Assembly: GCF_902713615.1 (NCBI RefSeq)
Contig: NW_024055676.1
Location: 620,877 to 684,876, forward strand
Length of the DNA: 64,000 nucleotides
Reading direction: 5' to 3'
Source of the DNA: Scyliorhinus canicula
Taxonomy: Eukaryota
The notes under the pieces are model-generated. The model worked only from the letters and a program-made list of their open reading frames with translations. It was not told where the DNA came from and made no database searches. A program made the position numbers and the translations under genes. This document shows, one piece after another, positions 22,831-35,466 of the stretch (positions within the stretch are counted from its first letter, which is position 1; every line of letters begins with the position of its first letter).

Positions 22831-24199
22831 TTGTCGTATGTCTGTGAAACAAGGAACACTTGCAGCTGTCAAGAAAAATAGCTCAAAAAATGTCATCTTT
22901 GTTGTCCGCAGTGCATTATGGATATTTACTGGCAGGACAAAATCAGAAATGCAGCAGTTCTCTCAAGACAGAGCTTCCAAGTCCCTTCAAAACAATCAAA
23001 AAGAGGTGGTTTGCACGGTTCTAGTGTGGTCTCCAAATGGAAGATGGTCACATGACCAAGGAATTTCCACTTCGCGAAGCAGCCGGAGCCACGCATCCAG
23101 TGGGGAGCCAAATATTCCACTTCAAGGTTTCTTCTAAGTGTGACATAATGTCCCTAAACCGAGATATTGAGCATCGAAATTGGGTGTCACCAGCAGCAAA
23201 CGGAAAAAATGGCGGCACTTCCGGTGGGCTGGTGTGAGCCACCAGGACCAGTGGATTTAGCAGCTTTGACATTGACATAAACCGAGAATATGAAAACCCA
23301 GAACGACAATTGGGAGCTTCATGTGCAACACTTGTCTCGAAATCCGTGGATATTTGTTGGGTATCTATTGGAAATTGAAGGATGCCTGTGACCTGAGTGA
23401 CATTCAGTTGCACACAGCATGGGTGCTTTCGCACACACACACGAAACACAGATATACAGTCTCTCACACATGCATTCTCTCTGTCTTACACGCACACCCA
23501 CAATTTCCCATTCAACTTAAGATCCCATCTTAACTTCCTTGGAGGCTTTGGAGACAATGACCCCAACCGTCTTTCAGCTGGTATAATGAACCAACGAATT
23601 CGCCCCAACATCATGTACGTTAAGTTGAATGTTAAATTTCCTATGGACTCCATACAGGGCCCAGGAAACACTCCTCCATTTAACAAACATGAACAAAAAC
23701 GTGCGACCAGAGATTGAGCCGCTTTGCTCTGGTGCTGACCTCACTGCGCAAGAATTAGCCACCAACACCTGCAATGAGTTAAACCTTAGATTATAGCAGC
23801 TCCGCAGAAGGCGATGTGATATCACATTTGTGGAAATGAATTATTGACCCATCAACATCATGGATCATACCTGACAACGACATTTTCACAGTAACTGCAA
23901 TTGCAAAGTCTGGCCAGCAGATGGAATTTAAATCGAGATGCTTTACATTACGTGAAGCAGACATTGCCTCAATAATTACTGCACTAATCCCTGTCTCTGT
24001 TAATTTTAAATTGGACTCCATCTGTATTTTTGTTAGACTAGACCCTGTCTTTGTTTATAATACAGGACACTCTGTTTCTATTAGTACTGCACCGGTACAT
24101 GTCAATGTTTATATCACACAATCACTGTGATCCTATTTTTAATGCAGTTCACCAACATCCAGTCCTGAATAGTAATGCACAATTAAACAAATAGCCGGA

Positions 24200-25530
24200 G
24201 CAGGAGCCTCAATAAAATCCCCCTCTTCAATGATGCGGGAGCCCAGCACGTCAGTGCAAAAAACAAGACTGAAAGTTCCTGCCAGAGGTGCCGATAGGAT
24301 GATCCATCTCGGCCTCCTCCGGTGGTCTGCATCATCATGGATGTTAGTCTTCAGGAAATTAGATCCCTCCACATGATATCAAGAAATGGCTGAAAGCGCT
24401 GCAAACGTTATTAGACCTGGCAACGTTATATCAACAATTCTGATGATTTGTGTTCCAGAACTGGCTGGGCCTCAGGCAACTTGCTCCAGTGCAGATACAG
24501 CACTGGCTTCTACCCAACAATGTGTAACATTGCCAAACATGACCCTTTCACAAAACGCAGGATAAATCCAACCCAGCCAATTATTTCCCGATCAGTCCGC
24601 CTTTGATCCATCAGGAACTTTATAAAAAGTGTCAAGGATCATCCAGTAGCATATAGTGTCCTCGGATAGTGTCCCCAGTCCAAGCTTCACCCTTCATCAT
24701 AAGGTCAGAAGTGAGGATGTTCGCTGATGATTACCCAACGTTCTGCACCATATTCGGCTCCGCAAATACTGAAGTAGTTTGTCTTCAAATGCAGCAAGCC
24801 TTGGACAACATTCCGGCTTGGGCTGGCAAGTGTCAGGCAATCACCATCCCAAAAATCTCTTCTAGATTTGAAATTATACCACCGTGATTGAACCCCCCAC
24901 CATCAATATCCTAGGGATTATAATTTCTCAAAAACTGAACATTTAAAAAATATGGCTACAAGAGCAGGTCAGTGGCTGGAAATTCTGCAGTGAGTAACTC
25001 ACCTCGCGACTTCCCAACCCCCATCCATCATCTATACGGCAGAAGTCAGGTATTTGACTGAATATTCTCCATTGGTCTTACGTGTGCCCCTTAAGCAACA
25101 CGTGAGATCTCGACGCCATCCAGGGCAGAGCAGACGGCTCGACGAACACCCCATCCACCAACTTCAACATTCACTCCCTGCATCACGGGTGCACAATTCT
25201 AGTAGATTGAACGACGCACAAGGAACTAATGCAGCAACTGCCTCCTTCTATAGCACCTTCCAACACAGGAACTCAGCCGTCTAAAAGGACCAGGCCCGGC
25301 AGATGCATTGTAACAGCAGGACCTGCAAGTTACCCACCAGGCCTCACACCACCTTGATGTGAACTATGTCTCTGTTCCTTCACTGTCACTGGTCAAAATC
25401 CTGGAACTCCCTTCCTGTCAGCTCTGTGGGTGTACGTACTCAGTATGGAGTGCAATGGTTCAATAAGAGGGCTCAACACCACATTCTCAAGGGAAATGAG
25501 GAATTCACAAAAAATGTTGACGTTACTGGC
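24200..25530 (+). mobile_element. Decayed L2/jockey-like LINE (RT region to 3' end)
   Basis: VRMFADD RT motif in ORF 24669..24887; multiple stops and frameshifts. Confidence 0.7.
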
Positions 25531-26085
25531 AACTCAAAGATCCCATTAAATCATTTTAAACATATCATTTTCTGCTTACATTCACCTTGCCCCCGCCTCT
25601 GTTTACATTACACTCGGCCATGTCTCGAGCACATTGCAGCAGGTCCTGTCTCAGTTTTCCTGCACTCGGCTGAATATCAGTAATTAAAGATCCGGGGCCC
25701 ACACCCTGTTTATATTACAAATCCGTAATTATGACGCACTGACCCTTGTCTTGGTTAGTCTAGTAAGAAACACGTCACAATGGTTACAGCATCAGAACGT
25801 TTTTCTGTGCATCGTAACTGGAACAACATTCTGTTTGCATCACAAGTTGTTCGATCTCAGTTATTGTCAATGTCAAATTCCAGTAAACACAATCCTGCTT
25901 TAGTTAATGCTGCACATGTGCATGCCCCTGTTTATATAATACTAGGCCCTGCCTCTGTTATTCTTGGATTGTACGATATCCCTCTTATTGCTGCATTGAT
26001 CATGTCCCAATTTGTATCAATCTGCATTCCGCTAGACCAGAATTCAGTTGATATTGCACTAGGCCCAGTCTCTGCTTATGCCTTC

Positions 26086-26400
26086 GGCGGAGGGTGGCGC
26101 AGTGGGGAGCAGTGCTGCCTCATAGCGCCGGGGTTCAATTCCTGACTGTTTGCGTGGAGTTTTTACTTTCTCCCTGTGTCTGAGTGGCTTTCCTCCAGGT
26201 GCTCCGGTTTCCTCCCATAGTCCGAATATGTACAGGTTAGGTGGATTGGCCATTCGAAATTGCCCCTCGGTGTCCAAGGATGCATAGGTCATGGTGCAAG
26301 GGCGGGGGATTGAGGAGGGTGATATTTCAGAGGTTGGTGCAGATGCAATGGGCCGAGTGGCCTTCTGCCTTGTAGGGATTCTGTATTTGATCCTGATTCT
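26086..26400 (+). mobile_element. HE1-like SINE
   Basis: GGTGGCGCAGTGG head, GGTTCAATTCC, shared core. Confidence 0.75.
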
Positions 26401-29400
26401 AGCCTACTTTTTCCGAGACCTGCGCATTTTTATTAATGAACTGAATGGTACCTCTGCTTTTTACTGTGGGCGCATTATTGCAGATGTCTTTGAGATGGAA
26501 AGCTAATATAATAATACATATTTTGGACGATAAATCAGTATATGGTAACAACCTGCAACGGATGCATAGTGTATACAGTGTATGCTATGCAACATTTGAT
26601 ATACATTTTCAGTGCAGTCAGCAGAATTAAATTTAAGATATAATTTCCTCTTTGCTGGTGCCCAAGACCAATTCCTACCCCAGAGAGTTGGATGTGTAGG
26701 CGGATGCAGAGTATTGTGTTCCCATGTGATTGTTGCCCTTGTGATTCTCGGAGGTCTCGGGTATGGAAGGTGCTGTTGAAGAAATCTTGGCGAGTTGCTG
26801 CAGTGCATCCCGTCGATGTTACACAATGCAGCTACTGTGTGCCTGCTGTGAAGAGAATGAAGTTGCTGTAACATTAGCTTCTGTCTCAGTTATTTATTTA
26901 ATTGTCCTTTGTTTATGTTACACAATTACAACTAGTCCATTCCCTTAGTTTATTGCACTAGGCCCAGGGAATAGAAGTTCAGCTGTACAATTTGAAGTGG
27001 CTGCAAGAAGATCAGAGGTCTGTGGTTGTACGTACACACATCTAGGGTGCTGACAAGACAGAGTATGATGTTTATCTGGACATAGATCAGCATTGCTCTC
27101 TAAAGAATTTTAGACTATCACTGTTCCCTCAGTTTTTTTTAATCTTCACAATTTCCACCTCAGCCATTTTCCAAATTACTGTGCATGGTCTACCGCAGCA
27201 ATTACTGAGGCCGGGTAATATGAAGAGACATGGCCCAGCGCAGAACTGAGGCTGTATCTAATGTAATACAAACAGAGACAGGTTTAAATTACTAGAAACA
27301 GAGTCAGGTTCTAGGTTAATGTAAAGAGAGACAAACAGGGTCCCTAAGTCCAAAACATGGAGGAGCGGAATTAGGCCATTCAACACATCGCGACTGCTCC
27401 GCCATTAAATTATGGCCAATATGTTCCTAATCCCCATTCTCCTGCCTTCTCCCAATAACTCCTGAATGCCTCGTTGATCAAGACATGTCCTCTAATTGGT
27501 GGCCTAGTTTAATATGAACAAAGATAAATAGGCTCTTATTTAATATAAACTGACAAAGGTACAAGGTAGTATAACATAAACAGAGACGGGCTCACGGCCT
27601 GGTGCAAAACAGCGGCAGGGCCTAGTGTCCCTTCAAATACTAGTAGGACAGGGGCATCACAGGTTGGAGACAAAGAGAAACTCCCTGACACTGTCCCCAG
27701 CAAACATTCTCAGAGCAGCTGCAGATTGTTTAGATATAGAATGAAATTCCCTCTACATAACTCGCTCAAACATATTAAAGGCCGAAAAACCAAAGGTTCT
27801 ATATCAGGTAAAACCTCTTCTGCCCTCTTCCTTCAGAGATCTCCAAGACAGGTTGACAGTGGGGTTAGTTACAGGGTAAGAAACCTCTGCATTTTCCTAT
27901 CAAACTCACCCAGGTCAGGTACAGCACTGTTCAGATACGGAGTATATCTCCCTATGCACAGTGAGATCAAACACTCACAGGGCAGGTTCAGTGCACGTTA
28001 CATGCAAGTAAACTTGCTCTACACTCTTCAGTCAAATGCTCCAAGGTCTCGGCAGCTGGATAAAGTGCAAGGAAAGATTCTTCTGCCCTGCCACATCAAA
28101 TCCTCAACCACCACGTGCAGCCCAGATCAGATATAGAGGAAACTTGTCTCTACAGTTCTCATTAAACACCCCAAGATCATTGAATACTCCAACCTCATTT
28201 TAGCATAAAACTCCCTCGCCGGATTCCAATACATTGGATTCGGTGCATTTAGTTGGAAGCCAACGGGGTGAGTTCAGGCTGAGAGGGCTGGTTTAACTCA
28301 GTGGGCTAGACAGCTGGTTTGTGATGCAGAACAAGACCAGCAGCGCGCGTTCAATTCCTGTTCCAGCTTACCGGAACAGGCGCCAGAATGTGACGACATG
28401 GGGCTTTTCACAGTAAAATTGTTATTATTGTTGCCACATGTCGATTAAAGACAATGACCCTTCGTGGAGAGACATGAGATAGAAGCAGATATGAGAAAGA
28501 CATAGAGAGAGATAGGATACAGGAAAATTCTACGAACACACTTGCATGCTCTTATATTTAGAGATTAGAGGGGATCTTTCCTAATTATGAACATGGATAT
28601 CATAATGACATTTTTCTCATATAACTGATTCATAAAAAAATGTCGAAAAACAAACACTACTGGAATCCGTTGATCTATTTCCATCTTTGGCTCTATTTCT
28701 GTGCTGTGTTGGTGGGGAAACATTTGTTTCTCTTTTCTCAGTCCGCAATCTAATCTGGAACTTCTATTTCTGTGTTTATTTACATAAACACTTCACTGGT
28801 CACAATGAAATGTTCATGTCAGCAAAACAAGATAAACACATTCACATATTGATCAGTTTTACCTCAAAATAGCAGTTTATTTTAGGAATATTGACAGTTG
28901 GTTAAAATGAATAGAAACTTCCATTAGGACAGATGTTACTTAATTGAAATAAAAAAATACTTTAAATTAAGTATTCATTCTGAAAGTTCTGATGCCTCAA
29001 TTAATAATGCATCTTTAACCAGCTACTTTTCCACTGAATGTTAATTTGATTGAAATATTAACCGATTTAAAGTAGATAGATTAAAACATCAGGCAGAGGA
29101 GTGATCTATAGTCACATTAATCTCTGATCAGTCGACATATTACAACTTGCATTTAAAAACGTTAACATTTGGAAAGAGCTTGCTTTTGTAAAACGCTCTA
29201 CCCGACCTCAGGTCATCCCAACGCCCTTAAAACTCACTGATATATTTTTGCTGAATTTAGTCACCGCTGTAATGTTGGAAACAGAGCAGGGAATTTGTGC
29301 ACAGCAAGCTCCCACAAACTGAGATGTGATAAGTGACCAGCTAATTTGTGATTTTAGATGAAGAATGGACATTGGTCCAAGATACTGGGAAAAGAAGCTC

Positions 29401-30352
29401 TGCTCTTTAGAATTATATCAGTGAGGTAATCCACCTGAACTGTGAATCTGTTTCTCTCTCTGCTGATGCCCACTGTCCTGCTCCTCAGTCTTTTTTGTTG
29501 TTTTTGTTTTAGATTTCCAGAATCTGCAGCACTTTGCACAGTTTTATATTCATTCTCGCCATATAGCCATCATTAACTGTCCATCCTGAGAAGCCGGATG
29601 TGAACCACCTTTTTGATGAGGTGCACTTCGAGCGATTTTATTCACATTTGACTTTCAGTAGCAGCTTCCCTTCAACTGACTTGCTTGCTCGGCAATATTA
29701 AAGATAGTTAATAGTCAACCACATCACTGTTGAACTAGAGTCACATATAGGCCAGACAGAGTAAGGAAGGAAGCGTTCTTCTCCTGAAGGACGCTGGTGA
29801 ACCTGCTGGGCGTTGCGAAATTTCGATTGCTTCGGAAGTATTATAAATGACGTGACGATTTTTGGCTGATTGATTAAGTCATTCAATAGAAAGTCTCTAC
29901 AGCTGCCACAAAACCATAAGATTTGCAGCAGAACTTGGCCATTCGGCTCATGTAATATGATCCGCCATTCAATGAAATCGTGGCAAATCTGGTAAAATCC
30001 TCAACTCCACATTTCCACTTTATCCCCATAACCCTTGATTCGCTTACTGATTAAAAATCTGTCTGTCTCAGCCTTGAACATATTTATTGACCAGGCGAAC
30101 TCTCTACAGCAAATGATTCTATAGAGGCACTACGCTCTGAGAGAAGAAATTCCTCTTCATCCTCGTCTGAAATGAGTGGCACCTTACACTGTGATTGTGT
30201 CCTATGGTCCTAAACTCTCCCAAAAGTGGGAACAATCTCCAGCATCTACACTGTCAAGCCCCCTGAGAATACTATATATCTCAGTAACTTCGCCTCTGAT
30301 TCTTCTAAACTCCAATTCGTGTAGGCCTAACCCACTTAAGCTCTCCCCATTT

Positions 30353-30542
30353 CAGTCTCTGTGGTCACAGTAAGAAGTCTTACAACACCAGGTTAAACTC
30401 CCTCCTCAGGTGGGAGCAGTGCTCTGAGAGCTAGTGTTTGAAACAAACCTGTTGGACTTTAACCTGGTGTTGTAAGGCTTCTTACGGTGTTCACCCCAGT
30501 CCAATGCCAGCATCTCAACATCATGGCTACAGTCTCTATGGT
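30353..30542. mobile_element. Miniature Penelope-like terminal-repeat relic with 28-bp inverted arms and a 13-bp target-site-like duplication
   Basis: Arms at 30370-30397 and 30458-30485; CAGTCTCT(G/A)TGGT on both sides; single copy of that motif at the paralogous site 39481. Confidence 0.75.
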
Positions 30543-31689
30543 GCAATTGGTCAGCGTGTTTGGCTGTTTACCGCAAGGTCTGTGTTTCAAGGCCGGATTC
30601 TTCTTTATTTGCTGACAGGTAGAGTAACGATGGGCCGAGGAGACTCTTTCTGTGCTGTGAAATGCTACCTACCTTTGAAAATCCCTCCACATTCGGGATT
30701 TACCTAAAGAGCCTTCTCTGGACTGCCTCTAAAATATCAATCCTTATATAAGACCAAAACTGTTCACAACATTTCAATATGCCCTGGTGGAATGTGTACT
30801 CCTGTGTATGGAGTATTAGCTCAGGCCTCCAGATTACCCGTTCTGTAATAATATTGCGAGACTATCCAGAAGACTGTAATATCACCGCATCGAAAAGATG
30901 GAACAATTGAACATTAAACACTCCTTCTGCATTAAGACCATAAGACCATAAGACATAGGAGTGGAAGTAAGGCCATTCGGCCCATCGAGTCCACTCCGCC
31001 ATTCAATCATGGCTGATGGGCATTGGATCACAGGTCTGGAGCATGTGCTCAGGTATCTGTTGTGGGAGGTGATAGTGATTCCACTGAGAAAAGACTGTTA
31101 ACCTATCATGGTTTGCATTTTGACATTCTGAAATATTGCTCGGTGAATCTAAAGTTCAAACTATGGGTCCAGTCTTACATGGGTCAATTTAATTTTCAGA
31201 GGCTGGTCTTTTACTAGTCTTGGGTCTTATTCTGACGGGATGGCAATGGTGAATGGGAATTCCACTGGCTCCATATAAAATATCAGTTATTCCAAAAATA
31301 GCACACCAGTCTCTGTTTATATTACACCGAACCATATTCCTGTTGCCTGTCTCGATATTATAAATTATGTTATATATTTGCTTGTTTGTACGAGTACAAT
31401 CATTGCTGATTTGGAGATTATATTAATTCTTGTTAATACCTATAAGTAGTTCTCGGAAATGTGTATTTGCTCTGCTATCATGTGGGTAATATTGAGTTGA
31501 ATATTTTACCAACGTCCCAGTAATGAACTGGGCTTGAGGGACAGGTCTACATGTGAACATCGCTGCACTGCAATTTCCAAAAGTTAATGGAAATCTCTGT
31601 TTTGTTCAAAATGATGAATTTACTCTTGTATTATACTCTATCCATTGCAAAGTTGTTTCATGGTGAGGATTCTTTTCCTGCCTCGTTTT

Positions 31690-32075
31690 AACATAGACAT
31701 AGAACAGTACAGCACAGAACAGGCCCTTCGGCCCTCAATGTTGTGCCGAGCCATGATCACCCTACTCAAACCCACGTATCCACCCTATACCCGTAACCCA
31801 ACAACCCCCCCCCCCCCCCCTTAACCTTACTTTTATTAGGACACTACGGGCAATTTAGCATGGCCAATCCACCTAACCCGCACATCTTTGGACTGTGGGA
31901 GGAAACCGGAGCACCCGGAGGAAACCCACGCACACATGGGGAGGACGTGCAGACTCCACACAGACAGTGACCCAGCCGGGAATCGAACCTGGGACCCTGG
32001 AGCTGTGAAGCATTTATGCTAACCACCATGCTACCCTGCTGCCCAGATGCTACCCTGCTGCCCAATGCTACCCTG
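31690..32075 (-). mobile_element. HE1-like SINE with CR1-type tail
   Basis: tRNA head on the minus strand near 32030, (TTCTATG)-like tail near 31700; absent at the paralogous site near 41630. Confidence 0.85.
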
Positions 32076-33493
32076 CTGCCCAGTATATTCACTATACGCC
32101 TAATATACTGACAGTGTTAGACAGAACAGTGCTCTAACAGAATCACCAGATTGGCACCCACAGGATAAATGTCCGCCCAATCATAGAACTCTCATCTGGT
32201 TAAGAAGAGCAAGTGACTTCACTTCAAAAAAGGATTGGCCGTTCGCATAGGTGTGCATATAAAATATTGTTCTTGGGTTTTGCAACTGTAATTCATCAAG
32301 ACATTAAGTTATATTCAGAATTAATTGTTTCGCTTTGCGATGTCTTCATACGTCTCGGCCTTAAGCTCTGGTATTCATTCCCTACTCCTCTTTACCTCAA
32401 TTCCCTTAATACAATCATCCCAAATAACCAAGTTTTTAATCATCTGACCTATTAAGTCTTTACACATATATTAATCCAGACCCTGCAGCAGGAATGACTG
32501 CAATAGGGCATGCCTCAGTTTATAATATTCCAGACCCTGAATCAATAATCACTGCTTTATATCCTATGTCATTTAAGGGTAATCTCGTCTGCACGAGAAC
32601 CTGTCTCCGTTTACGTTAGTCTAGACCTTGCATCAGGAATCACTGCACTAGATCCAATCTCAGTAGCACAATTGCTTCACAGCGCCAGAGTCCCAGTCTA
32701 TGCGGAGTCAGCACGTTCTCCCCCTGTCCGCTTGGGTTTCCATTGGTGCTCCGGCTCCCTCCCACAAGTCCCAAAAGATGTGCAGTTCTGTAATTTGGAC
32801 ATTCTGAATTCTCCGCCTGTGTACCCAAACAGGCGGCGGAATGTGGCAACTGGGATCTTTTCACAGTGACTTCATTGCAGTGCTAATGTCAGCTTACTTG
32901 TGATAAAAATATTATTAGATTAGTTTCGGTTAATCTCCACCCTATGTGAGTGAAAATCGTTTTAGACCTTGTCATAGAGTCATGGAGAGTTAGAGGTTTA
33001 CAATACAGAAAGATGCCCTTCACCCACCATATCTGCGATGGCAATCAGGTACCTATCTATTCTAAGATAGTCCATAGATTGTCTTCCTACCATAAAACTA
33101 TAAGACACAGGAGCAGAATTCGACGATTAGGCCAATCGAGTGCGCTCCACATTCAATCACGACTATTATGTTTCGAAAAGTCTATCTCCTGCCTTCGTGC
33201 CATAACCCTTGATCCCTTATTAATCAAGAAACTATCTATCTCTGGTTAGAAAGAGGGAAAGATCCTTCGGCACTGCCACATCAAATCCTCACCACCCTCT
33301 TCAGCTCAGGGTAGACACAGGGTAAATGTTTCTCCACAGTTCTCATTAAACACTACAGGGTAATTGAATGCTCCAATCACATTTTAGAGTAAAACTCCCT
33401 CTATGTATTCCAATTAATTGGATTCGATCCATTTAGTTGGAAGCCAATGGGGTGAGATTGCGCTGAGAGATTATTTTCGGCACATGTTGACTT

Positions 33494-34244
33494 CATAGAA
33501 CATAGAACATAGAACAGTACAGCACAGAACAGGCCCTTCGGCCCTCGATGTTGTGCCGAGCAATGATCACCCTACTCAAATAGCACACCAGTCTCTGTTT
33601 ATATTACACCGAACCATATTCCTGTTGCCTGTCTCGATATTATAAATTATGTTATATATTTGCTTGTTTGTACGAGTACAATCATTGCTGATTTGGAGAT
33701 TATATTAATTCTTGTTAATACCTATAAGTAGTTCTCGGAAATGTGTATTTGCTCTGCTATCATGTGGGTAATATTGAGTTGAATATTTTACCAACGTCCC
33801 AGTAATGAACTGGGCTTGAGGGACAGGTCTACATGTGAACATCGCTGCACTGCAATTTCCAAAAGTTAAAGGAAATCTCTGTTTTGTTCAAAATGATGAA
33901 TTTACTCTTGTATTATACTCTATCCATTGCAAAGTTGTTTCATGGTGAGGATTCTTTTCCTGCCTCGTTTTAACATAGACATAGAACAGTACAGCACAGA
34001 ACAGGCCCTTCGGCCCTCAATGTTGTGCCGAGCCATGATCACCCTACTCAAACCCACGTATCCACCCTATACCCGTAACCCAACAACCCCCCCCCCCCCC
34101 CCCTTAACCTTACTTTTTAGGACACTACGGGCAATTTAGCATGGCCAATCCACCTAACCCGCACATCTTTGGACTGTGGGAGGAAACCGGAGCACCCGGA
34201 GGAAACCCACGCACACACTGGGAGGATGTGCAGACTCCACACAG
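33494..34244 (-). mobile_element. Composite insertion: 5'-truncated SINE, 390 bp of its flank, then a second SINE/CR1 3' tail
   Basis: 33578-34244 is near-identical to 31296-31963; 33494-33580 is a separate tail. Confidence 0.8.
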
Positions 34245-35466
34245 TTGTCGATTGTCATGTTGTCGATTAAAGGCAATGACCCATTGTGGAGAGACATGAG
34301 ACAGAACCAGTTAGGAAAAAGGGACAGGTATCAGATGCAGGAGAACTGGAAAACTTTATGAACATATTTTGCATGTAACTATATTTCGAGATTAGAGGGA
34401 ATCTTTCCTAATTCTGAACATGGATATCATGATGACCTTTTTCTCATATAACTGATGAAGAATCAAATGTCAAAAACAATCATTACTGGAATCCGTTGAT
34501 CTATTTGCGTGTTTGCCTCTATTTATGTGCTGTGTCGGTGGGGAAATAGTTGCTGTGCTTTTGTCAGTGTATAATCTAATCTGAGACTTCTATTTCTGTG
34601 TTTATTTACATAAACACCTCACTGGTTACAATGAAGTGTTCGTATCAACAAAACGAGATAAACAGTCATTTATTGATTAGGTTCAACTTAAAATAGCGGT
34701 TTATTTTAAGAATATTGACAGTTGGTTGAAACGTATAGAAACATCCATTAGAACAGATGTTACTTAATTGAAATGAAAAAATAAATTTAAATTAAGTATT
34801 AATTCTGAAAGTTCTGATGCCTCAATTAATAAATCATCTTTAACCAGGCTGTTATTCCACTGAATATTAATTTAATTGAAACATTAACCGATTTAAAGGA
34901 GATAAATTAAAACATCTGGCAGAGGAGTGACCCATAGTCACGTTAATCTCAGATCTTTAAACATATTGCAACCTGCATTTTAAAATGTAAACGTTTGGAA
35001 AGCGCTTGCTTTTGTAAAACGCTTTACCCGACTTCAGGTCACCCCAACGCCCTTAAAACTCACTGATGTATTTTAGTTGAATTTAGTCACTGCTGTAATG
35101 TCGGAAACAGAGCGGAGAATTTGCGCACAGCAAGCTCCCACAAACTGAGATGTGATAAGTGACCAGCTAATCTGTGATTTTAGTTCAAGAACGGATGTTG
35201 GTCCAAGATACTGGGAAAAGCAGCTCTACTCTTTACAATTATGTCATTGGGGTAATCCACCTGAAATGTGAATCTGTTCCTCTCTCTGCTCACTGACCTG
35301 CTGAGCAGCCTTTTGTTTTGTTTTTGTTTTACATTTCCGGAATCTGCAGCACTTTGCACAGTTTTTAACATTCATTCTCGGAATATAGCCCTCACTGGCA
35401 AAGTCAGCATTAACTGTCCATCCTGAGAAGCCGGATGTGAACCACCTTTTAGATAAGGTGCACTTA

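Noticed and set aside
23400-23450. CACAGCA followed by an ACGAAACAC-like word read as a V RSS
   Set aside because: Spacer length is off, the nonamer falls in a (CA)n tract, and no V frame lies upstream.
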